Source: an uncultured Desulfatitalea sp. (lineage in GTDB: Bacteria > Desulfobacterota > Desulfobacteria > Desulfobacterales > Desulfosarcinaceae). Taken from it: DNA of 64,000 bases. Every line of letters starts with the position of its first letter. The stretch's first letter is position 1. The stretch is taken from positions 704,001 to 768,000 of the forward strand of contig CAXXMB010000002.1 of the NCBI GenBank assembly GCA_963668675.2, written 5' to 3'. This document shows positions 56,296-64,000 of this stretch, piece after piece. The notes under the pieces were generated by a model. The model did no database searches. It was given only the letters and a program-made list of their open reading frames with translations, and had not been told where the DNA came from. The translations under genes and the position numbers were made by a program.

Positions 56296-57224
56296 TGAAG
56301 GCGTCTCTGCGTATCGGGACCAGGGGGAGCCAACTGGCATTGTGGCAGGCGCGCTGGGTTCAGGCCGCCATTATGAGGCAGCAGCCTGATGTCGAGGTGG
56401 ATCTGGTCATCATCAAGACCCAGGGCGACAAGATCCTCGACGTGCCATTGGCACAGGTCGGCGGCAAGGGGCTCTTCGTCAAGGAGATTGAAGAGGCCCT
56501 GCTGGACGGCCGCATCGACCTGGCCGTGCACAGCATGAAGGACATGCCTGCCGAATTGCCCGAAGGGTTGACGATCTGTGCCATTCCGAAGCGGGAAAAC
56601 CCGCTGGATGCGCTGATCTCGGTTCGCTACAACAGCATAGACCATCTGCCCGAAGGCGCCCGCGTGGGTACCAGCAGCCTGCGTCGCTCTGCCCAACTCA
56701 AACATCTGCGTCCGGACCTTGTCATCGTGCCGCTGCGCGGCAATCTGGATACACGACTGAAAAAGCTGGAGACCACGGATCTTGATGCGATTGTCCTGGC
56801 GGCGGCCGGACTGATGCGACTCGGTTTGGGCCACCGAATCACCGCCTATTTGACCGATGAGCAGATGCTGCCGGCAGTGGGGCAAGGGGCCCTGTGCATT
56901 GAAACACGGGATGCCGACCCTGATGTGCAGTCGATCATCGAATCGCTCGACGACCCCGGCACCCGCACTGCCGTGATGGCCGAACGCGCCTTTTTAAAGC
57001 GCCTCGAAGGGGGCTGTCAGGTCCCCATTGCCGGCCATGCGAAAGCAGAGGGGGCGACAGTGTCTCTATGCGGGCTGGTGGCCGACCTCGACGGACGGAC
57101 GATCATTAAAAACACCATGACCGGTCAAGCCGAACGCGCTGACCGATTGGGACGCTCCCTGGGGGAAGATCTGTTAAAGAGAGGGGCGGGCCCTATATTG
57201 GAAGGTTTACAAAAAGATGGCTGA
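56295..57224 (+). CDS. hemC: Hydroxymethylbilane synthase
   Basis: GTRGSQLALWQA, GGKGLFVKE, VHSMKD, GTSSLRR, EGGCQVP; TGATG coupling with upstream gene. Confidence 0.97.
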   Translation: MKASLRIGTRGSQLALWQARWVQAAIMRQQPDVEVDLVIIKTQGDKILDVPLAQVGGKGLFVKEIEEALLDGRIDLAVHSMKDMPAELPEGLTICAIPKRENPLDALISVRYNSIDHLPEGARVGTSSLRRSAQLKHLRPDLVIVPLRGNLDTRLKKLETTDLDAIVLAAAGLMRLGLGHRITAYLTDEQMLPAVGQGALCIETRDADPDVQSIIESLDDPGTRTAVMAERAFLKRLEGGCQVPIAGHAKAEGATVSLCGLVADLDGRTIIKNTMTGQAERADRLGRSLGEDLLKRGAGPILEGLQKDG

Positions 57225-58752
57225 CAAAACGCAATCCGGAAAGGTCTTCCTCGTCGGAGCGGGTCCCGGAGATCCGGAGCTGCTCACGCTGAAGGGCCAG
57301 CGCTGCATCGCCCGGGCCGATGTATTGATTTACGACTACCTGGCCGCCCGGACCCTGCTGGCCCATGCCCGTCCGGGATGCGAATGTATCTATGTGGGCA
57401 AAAAGGGAGGCGATCACACCCTGGCTCAGGAGGGCATCAACCAGCTGCTGGTGGAAAAGGCCCGTGAGGGCAATATCGTCACCCGGCTCAAGGGGGGCGA
57501 TCCCTTTATCTTCGGACGCGGCGGGGAGGAGGCCGAAGTGCTCCAGAAGGCCGGCATCGATTTCGAGATCGTGCCTGGCGTCACCTCGGCCATTGCCGCG
57601 CCGGCCTATGCGGGCATCCCCCTGACCCATCGTCAGTTCACCAGCACGGTTGCATTTGTCACCGGCCATGAGGATCCGGCCAAAGAGGGCTCCAATATCG
57701 ACTGGGCAGCCCTGGCCAAAGGCATCGGCACCCTGGTCTTTCTCATGGGGGTTAAGAATCTGCCCCACATCGTGGATCAATTGAGACAGCATGGCCGCTC
57801 GGCTGACACACCCGTCGCCCTCGTGCGGTGGGGCAGCACTGCACAGCAGCGCACCGTCACCGGCACCTTGGCTGATATTGTCGAGCGAACTCGCGCGGCA
57901 GGGATCAAGGCGCCGGCCATCATCGTGGTCGGCGAAGTGGTCACGTTACGCGAAACCCTTCAATGGTTTGAAAAGCGACCCCTTCTGGGCAAGCGCATCG
58001 TGGTCACCCGTGCGCGGGTCCAGGCCAGTGACCTGGTCGAGCGGCTCAGAGAGCTGGGCGCGGAGTGCATGGAGTGCCCCACCATCCAGGTGGTGCCGCC
58101 TGAGAGTTGGGACAAGCTGGATGCCGCCTTGGGGCGGTTGCCGTCGTACGACTGGCTGGTCTTTACCAGCGTCAACGGCGTGGACCATTTTTTCCAACGC
58201 CTTACCCAAAAAGGCCTGGATACGCGTGCATTGGGCCATCTGCGCACTGCCGCCATCGGGCCGGCCACCGCCCGCCGCCTTGGCCGGCATGGCCTGAACA
58301 CCGATATACTTCCCAGCACCTACCAGGCCGAATCGGTGGTGGAGGCTTTCTCCCAACAGCCGATAAAGGGCAAAAGGATACTCTTGCCGCGCGCCATGGA
58401 AGCACGCACCATTCTGCCCGATTCGCTAACCGATATGGGTGCTGCCGTCGATGAGATCGCCGTCTACCGCACGGTGCAATCCAGTGAAGATGCCCCCCTG
58501 CTGATAAAAGAGCTCCAGGCGGGCGCCATTGACATGGTCACCTTCACCAGCTCTTCCACCGTCAGCAACTTCAAAGCCCTGCTACCGGAAGCGTTCGATC
58601 CGGCGCTGATTGAAAAAGTGGCGGTTGCCTGCATCGGCGATATTACGGCGGATACAGCCAAACGGCTTGGATTCAAGGTCGATATCACGGCGGAGGTCTT
58701 CACCATTGAAGGTCTGTGCGAAGCCATCGAGCGCTACTACCGGACGTCATAG
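57217..58752 (+). CDS. cobA: Uroporphyrinogen-III C-methyltransferase / uroporphyrinogen-III synthase fusion
   Basis: GAGPGDP, RLKGGDPFIFGRGGEE; HemD part VVTR, FTSVNGV, FTSSSTV. Confidence 0.95.
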   Translation: MADKTQSGKVFLVGAGPGDPELLTLKGQRCIARADVLIYDYLAARTLLAHARPGCECIYVGKKGGDHTLAQEGINQLLVEKAREGNIVTRLKGGDPFIFGRGGEEAEVLQKAGIDFEIVPGVTSAIAAPAYAGIPLTHRQFTSTVAFVTGHEDPAKEGSNIDWAALAKGIGTLVFLMGVKNLPHIVDQLRQHGRSADTPVALVRWGSTAQQRTVTGTLADIVERTRAAGIKAPAIIVVGEVVTLRETLQWFEKRPLLGKRIVVTRARVQASDLVERLRELGAECMECPTIQVVPPESWDKLDAALGRLPSYDWLVFTSVNGVDHFFQRLTQKGLDTRALGHLRTAAIGPATARRLGRHGLNTDILPSTYQAESVVEAFSQQPIKGKRILLPRAMEARTILPDSLTDMGAAVDEIAVYRTVQSSEDAPLLIKELQAGAIDMVTFTSSSTVSNFKALLPEAFDPALIEKVAVACIGDITADTAKRLGFKVDITAEVFTIEGLCEAIERYYRTS

Positions 58753-58999
58753 CCGCACAAAAAACGGAACCCCTTCCAAGGATTGATTCTAAAGGAATCG
58801 CGTCACCCGAAATCTGTCTCCCAACGTCGCTTTTCGATCAGAAAAGCGGTTGACCCTAAAGGCAAAAGGATTGTAGTTTAAGGAAAGCCATTTCCTGCTC
58901 TTGGACCACACGCCAAAAATGGTCGCACAATCCTCCGACTACCTGAGGCCATTTCGCTATCAAACCAGGAGCCCTGTGTTTATCGGGCCGGAGAGGTCA

Positions 59000-60157
59000 A
59001 TGTCGGGCTATATCGACAAATTGCCGCAATACGTCAATGTCCTGCGCGAGATGATGGAGACCCTCATCACCAACACGGTCCTTGTCGGCCAAGTACCTGC
59101 GCCCACTTTCGAAGAGCAGGCGAGGGCGGATCTTTTCCTCGAGCGGCTTTCGGAGTTCCCGGTGGATGAGTGCACCACCGACGGATTTTCAAACCCCATC
59201 GGCATCATCCGGGGCAGTTCCCGCTCCCGGCATCCGATTTTTGTTGTGGCGCATATGGATTCACCTTTCGGCAAGGAGGTGGACCATCACTACACAGTGA
59301 GCAAGAACGCGATCACCGGTGTGGGTGTCTTGGACAACGCCCTGGGGGTGGGAGTACTTCTCTCTCTTCCTGAAATCTTCCGCAGGCTCGACCTGAGTTT
59401 CGAATCGGACATCATTCTGGCCGGCGTGATTCAATCCATCGGCAAAGGCAATCTGCGCGGTATACGCCATCTGCTCAAGACATGGTCCACCCCGATCCGC
59501 GGAGCGGTATGCATTGAAAGCGGGGAACTGGGCCGCTTGAACTACTACGCCGACGGAATGATTCGAAGTGAGATTACCTGCCAGGTGGATCCCGACCGGG
59601 AGCGATCGCAACGTTTCATACCCAATGCCATTCTGATCCTCAACGAAGCCATCAACCAGATCATGGCCCTGCGATTACCGCTCAAACCAAGGACGAAGAT
59701 CATCTTCGGCACCATCCAGGGTGGTTTAAAACACGGTCAAATCGCCCATGAAGCAACGCTCGGGCTGGAGATAAGAAGCGATGCGGACGCCATGGTCAAG
59801 GAGATATATTCGGATATTCGCGATATTGTTGCCGGTATCCGCCATGAATATGGCGTCGAGTTAAACCTGGAGCGGGTGAGCAACCGACGGGCGGCAAGCC
59901 TCAAATACAACCATCCGCTTGTAAAAACCGTCGTTACCATTATGAAAAAGCTGGAACTGGAGCCGTTCAGCGAGCCCAGTGAATCGGAGTTGTCCATCTT
60001 TCTCTCCCGCAACATCCCGGCCGTGACCCTGGGGGTCACCTCCGGTGAAGGATACCAACAACCCGATGCGACCATGCGGATCGAGCCGATGTTCAAAGGC
60101 ATCGCCCAGATTCTCGGGACGATCATGGCGATCGATAGCGGCGCGTGTGATGGGTAG
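59000..60157 (+). CDS. M20/M28-like peptidase-fold protein with incomplete metal site
   Basis: PAPTFEE, AHMD, DN motifs; RBS GAGG before ATG 59000. Confidence 0.75.
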   Translation: MSGYIDKLPQYVNVLREMMETLITNTVLVGQVPAPTFEEQARADLFLERLSEFPVDECTTDGFSNPIGIIRGSSRSRHPIFVVAHMDSPFGKEVDHHYTVSKNAITGVGVLDNALGVGVLLSLPEIFRRLDLSFESDIILAGVIQSIGKGNLRGIRHLLKTWSTPIRGAVCIESGELGRLNYYADGMIRSEITCQVDPDRERSQRFIPNAILILNEAINQIMALRLPLKPRTKIIFGTIQGGLKHGQIAHEATLGLEIRSDADAMVKEIYSDIRDIVAGIRHEYGVELNLERVSNRRAASLKYNHPLVKTVVTIMKKLELEPFSEPSESELSIFLSRNIPAVTLGVTSGEGYQQPDATMRIEPMFKGIAQILGTIMAIDSGACDG

Positions 60158-60163
60158 CAGCGC

Positions 60164-61168
60164 ATGAAAGACACCTGGATCAAAAGCAACACCTTCCACT
60201 ACAAGGCGTTTTGCGACCTGAACCGGCTGGTGGCCATCAAGGAGCAAAAGGGCCTTAAGATCTCCTTATGTCTGCCGACGCTCAACGAAGAGAAAACCAT
60301 CGCCAAAGAGATTGTCATCTTCAAATCGGAATTGATGTCCCGCTATCCTCTTCTGGATGAAATTGTCGTCGTGGACTCCGGTTCGAAAGACAACACCCGT
60401 GATATCGCACGCACTTACGGCGCCGATGTCTATCAAGCATCCGATATCCTGCCCCACCTGACGCCCTATACCGGGAAAGGTGAAAATCTCTGGAAAGCCC
60501 TGCATGTCACCCGCGGCGATATCATCGTCTATCTGGATGCCGACATCAAAAACATTCACCATCGATTTGCCTACGGCCTCATCGGGCCCCTGCTCGAGAA
60601 CGATCAAATCAAGTATACCAAAGCCTTTTACGACCGTCCCATTGCGACCCGCGACAAAATCATCCGCCCGACAGGCGGCGGACGTGTCACCGAACTTGTC
60701 ATTCGCCCGCTTTTCTCTCTTTTCTTCCCCGATTTAACCCAAATCTTGCAGCCGCTATCAGGGGAGTATGCCGGGTTTCGCGAGGTGTTCGAACAGCTTC
60801 CCTTCCCCATCGGTTACGGCGTCGAGACCAGCATGATACTGGACATCTACCATAAGTGGGGCCTCGATATCATGGCCCAGGTCGATCTCGAGAAACGCAT
60901 CCATCGCAATCAGGATACCAAGGCACTGGGGAAGATGGCGTTCGCCATCATAAAAACGTTTATCAACCGCAAAGTCGCTTTGGGCATGATCGGCCTGGAG
61001 AACGGCATGCATGACGAAATGATTCAGTATAATCTCGTAAAAGGCGCCATCGAACCGGATATCGTCGAGATCAAAGGCCTGGAGCGCCCGCCCATCATCG
61101 AAATCCCCGAGTATCGTGAAAGATACAAATCACTGCCGCCGAACGATCCGCCGCCACATGATCCCTAA
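60164..61168 (+). CDS. gpgS: Glucosyl-3-phosphoglycerate synthase
   Basis: PTLNEE, DSGS, GKGENLW, DAD, GGRVTE, QPLSGEYA, GYGVE, HRNQ. Confidence 0.9.
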   Translation: MKDTWIKSNTFHYKAFCDLNRLVAIKEQKGLKISLCLPTLNEEKTIAKEIVIFKSELMSRYPLLDEIVVVDSGSKDNTRDIARTYGADVYQASDILPHLTPYTGKGENLWKALHVTRGDIIVYLDADIKNIHHRFAYGLIGPLLENDQIKYTKAFYDRPIATRDKIIRPTGGGRVTELVIRPLFSLFFPDLTQILQPLSGEYAGFREVFEQLPFPIGYGVETSMILDIYHKWGLDIMAQVDLEKRIHRNQDTKALGKMAFAIIKTFINRKVALGMIGLENGMHDEMIQYNLVKGAIEPDIVEIKGLERPPIIEIPEYRERYKSLPPNDPPPHDP

Positions 61169-61344
61169 GATCCGCCACTATCGGCTTGCCTCAAGCCTGC
61201 GATTGTGATAAATATCCTTGATATAAGTAAAAACTCAGAGCTGTGGGGGTGACGGCTGCTTCAATTTACCTGCACAACAAATTGAAGCAGTGGGTTTTTA
61301 CTTGCGTTTTCTATTGGTCCGGAGCTGAAACGACGAGGTTGGAC

Positions 61345-63444
61345 ATGGAGCGGACTGTCGCCGAACACCAATCCTTTCTTTCGAACACGGAAGTCTCCCG
61401 TGAAGAGAAAAGCCAGGTAGCGCGACTGGAGACTTACGATGCCCTCCTTGATATACCTCTGCCCGAAAAAGAGATTGGCCGGCGGCAACTGATCAACAAA
61501 CTCAACAGTCTCAACTTCCGGGATCAGACGGTCAGGGTTATTTTCGAACACCGCGAATACGCCAGGACCCTTGCACTGAAGGCGTATCCATTGCCATGCA
61601 AAGATGCCCGTCTGGTCTGTCAATGGGCAGAAGCGTTCGATCACGATCAGCTCATCGAATCCTACCGTTTTCAATGCCTGCACGTTCCGAAAGACCAGCA
61701 ACTGCTGAAAGTCCAACCCGAAGTCAACGCCATCGATGAGCACCAGATCATCCTCACCCTGCCGGAGACTTGTGTTGAAATCAGCACCCGCATCATTCAT
61801 CGCCACCAGTGCACGGAGGTCTCGGCCTATCTCTTTCAGAACGGCGCCACCTATTTCGGCAGCCTCATGGATTACGGCGCAGCGCAATTTCGCGTCAATG
61901 TCGGCACCGCACCCCCCCAAACCTTTCGCTGGATCGAGGCCGACCTGCCGGTCACCATCGTCTTCACCAAGGCAGACCGCACCCTATACTCCGGCGAGTG
62001 CCGCATCGTGCGGCACGACAGGGGGATACAGTCACGCCAGTTTATACTGGAACCGACGCAGCACCAGATGCGCCGCTTTCAAAACAGAGAATTCAGAAGT
62101 TTCCGGCATCAACTATCACCGCCTCCGGATGTCTCCTTCCAACACCCCTTGTTCGGCAAAAAAATATTTCTAAAAGTGTATGACATATCAGGATCGGGGC
62201 TCTCCGTGGAGGAGGATGCATCTTCAACCGTATTGCTGCCCGGGCTCATTTTGCCCGAGCTGGACCTGGTGTTCAGTGACGGCACCACCTTGCGCTGCAT
62301 GGCCCAGGTGGTCTACTGCAAACCCCAAAACGATGCCCCAAAACCCGTGGTGCGATGCGGCCTGACCATCCTTGACATGAACGTGGAAGATCATATCCGA
62401 CTCCTGGGTTGGATGCACCAGACCACCGATGCACACGCCTATGTCTGTAAAAAAGTCGACATGGACGCCCTGTGGGATTTCTTTTTCGAGACCGGTTTCA
62501 TCTACCCTGAAAAGTACGAATTTATCCAGGCCAACAAAGAGAAAATCAAAGCCACCTACGAGAAGTTGTACAACAAGAATCCGAGTGTGGCCAGCCACTT
62601 CATCTACCAGAGAGACGGACATATCCTGGCCCATATCGCGGCGGTACGGTTCTATGAATCTTCCTGGCTGCTGCACCACCATGCAGCGGTACGCGTTGCC
62701 AACAATCGCGGCGGACTGATCGTCCTCAACCAGATCGGCCGGTTTATCAACGAGTCCCACCGCCTCTACTCCATGAATATGGATTACGTCTTCTGCTACT
62801 ATCGCCCGGACAACAAATTTCCTGCCCATGTTTTCGGCGGAGCGGCCCGCAACATTCGAAACCCCAAAATCTGTTCACTCGATCACTTTGCCTACTTTCA
62901 CCATTGCAAACATCCGGAGGAGAACAACACATTCCCCAACAACTGGCAGCTGACCGAAGTGCGGGAAGACGATCTGAGGGACTTAGAGACATTTTATGAG
63001 GAGCACTCCGGCGGCCTGATGCTGCAAAATCTGCACTTGAGCCCCGACCGATTCAATTGCAACGGGGTGACCGCCACCTACCACCGGATCGGTCTAAAGC
63101 GCGAACGTCACCTGATCGCCCTTCGCTACCGAGACAAACTCAGCGCCATCATCATGGCCAATGTGGCAGATCTCGGACTCAACATGTCCGAACTGACCAA
63201 TGCCATCACCATTATCGTCGTCAACAAGAGGCAATTGACGCCGGGCATCGTTGAGTCGGTCGTTGAAGAAGTGTCCCACTTTTATGAGAACAGTGAAGTG
63301 CCCGTTCTGCTCTACCCGCAACAAACGGCACAGCAGATGGGCATTCACAGTGAAAAGCAGTACGCCCTGTGGGTGTACGATACGAGGAACCTGGACCCCT
63401 ATTTTAGATTTTTAAAGCGCCTGTTAAAGTACATACAGCACTAG
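61345..63444 (+). CDS. PilZ-domain protein with C-terminal GNAT-like region
   Basis: RFQNR (RxxxR) and DISGSG PilZ motifs; C-terminal region with WLLHHHAA and YYRPDN; start set at ATG 61345. Confidence 0.7.
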   Translation: MERTVAEHQSFLSNTEVSREEKSQVARLETYDALLDIPLPEKEIGRRQLINKLNSLNFRDQTVRVIFEHREYARTLALKAYPLPCKDARLVCQWAEAFDHDQLIESYRFQCLHVPKDQQLLKVQPEVNAIDEHQIILTLPETCVEISTRIIHRHQCTEVSAYLFQNGATYFGSLMDYGAAQFRVNVGTAPPQTFRWIEADLPVTIVFTKADRTLYSGECRIVRHDRGIQSRQFILEPTQHQMRRFQNREFRSFRHQLSPPPDVSFQHPLFGKKIFLKVYDISGSGLSVEEDASSTVLLPGLILPELDLVFSDGTTLRCMAQVVYCKPQNDAPKPVVRCGLTILDMNVEDHIRLLGWMHQTTDAHAYVCKKVDMDALWDFFFETGFIYPEKYEFIQANKEKIKATYEKLYNKNPSVASHFIYQRDGHILAHIAAVRFYESSWLLHHHAAVRVANNRGGLIVLNQIGRFINESHRLYSMNMDYVFCYYRPDNKFPAHVFGGAARNIRNPKICSLDHFAYFHHCKHPEENNTFPNNWQLTEVREDDLRDLETFYEEHSGGLMLQNLHLSPDRFNCNGVTATYHRIGLKRERHLIALRYRDKLSAIIMANVADLGLNMSELTNAITIIVVNKRQLTPGIVESVVEEVSHFYENSEVPVLLYPQQTAQQMGIHSEKQYALWVYDTRNLDPYFRFLKRLLKYIQH

Positions 63445-63475
63445 CCCTTTGCAAATTGAGCGGAAACTGACCACT

Positions 63476-64000
63476 ATGGACGAACATTCCATCTCGCCTG
63501 ACCACCGCATTTACAACAGTCGCCTTATCGACAACTACATCCGGCTGCTTAAACGCCGGTACAGCTTCGTCGACATCGACGAAGTCCTCGAATATGCCGA
63601 CATGAAGGCGTATGAAGTGAACGATCAGGGGCACTGGTTTACCCAGAAGCAGATCGACCGTTTCTACGCCATCGTCAAGCACAAGACCGGAAATGAGAAT
63701 ATCGCCCGCGAAGCCGGCAAATTTGCGGCATCACCCGAGGCCATGGGGGTGATGCGCCAATACGCCTTGGGGCTGATCGGCCCATCCAAGGTGTATGAAC
63801 GCATTCGCATGGTAACGGCCCGAATGACCAAATCGGCCATCTACGAATCGCGCAAGATTTCTCACAACTGCATCGAAATCACGGTCACCCCGCGAAAAGG
63901 GGCTGAAGAGAAGCCATTTCAATGTGAAAACAGGATCGGGTTCTGGGAAGCCATTGCCGAAATGTTCAACACCCGTATCCCCCGCATCGACCATCCCCAG
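63476..64000 (+). CDS. 5' part of a signalling protein with an H-NOX/V4R-like N-terminal sensor domain (truncated by window edge)
   Basis: Open frame MDEHSISPDHRIYNSRLIDNY...HWFTQ...AREAG...CENRIG...DHPQ to the window end; absent from the ORF track. Confidence 0.7.
   Translation, partial: MDEHSISPDHRIYNSRLIDNYIRLLKRRYSFVDIDEVLEYADMKAYEVNDQGHWFTQKQIDRFYAIVKHKTGNENIAREAGKFAASPEAMGVMRQYALGLIGPSKVYERIRMVTARMTKSAIYESRKISHNCIEITVTPRKGAEEKPFQCENRIGFWEAIAEMFNTRIPRIDHPQ

Noticed and set aside
1..64000. CRISPR arrays, tRNA (including selC), rRNA, prophage or transposase genes
   Set aside because: None recognised by eye; not a substitute for tRNAscan or Rfam searches

Overview
Chromosomal segment of a moderately GC-rich bacterium; gene content (PxxKW protein, DVU0524-like gene, selA, cobA-hemD fusion, several sigma54 promoters) suggests Desulfobacterota/Desulfobacterales (inference). 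About 50 CDSs; no rRNA, tRNA, CRISPR array or transposase seen. From 16 kb onward it is mostly housekeeping (argJ, truA, kdsD, pfkA, waaA, fba, mazG, phoH-HD-ybeY-pdxJ-nnr-tsaE-lysC, pyrF, selA, hemC, cobA/hemD, gpgS). The standout is 238-13417, a sigma54-driven minus-strand operon of secreted DUF11/Ig-like proteins plus a ~1950-aa OmpA/beta-barrel protein. Its motif distribution suggests a sortase-free fibre in a Gram-negative cell, built by donor-strand complementation and Lys-Asn isopeptide crosslinks: lectin tip (acceptor only), two shaft subunits (donor+acceptor), an acceptor lacking Lys and Asp (chaperone-like), and an outer-membrane base (donor only). This model is inference from motifs. 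Other points: a 62-aa UGA-containing dual-CXXC selenoprotein missed by the ORF track, a PdxJ and an M20-like protein lacking catalytic residues, a CheD-HDOD fusion, two 126-bp MITE-like repeats, and two copies of a ~180-nt covarying hairpin. All calls come from reading the sequence; no database searches were run.
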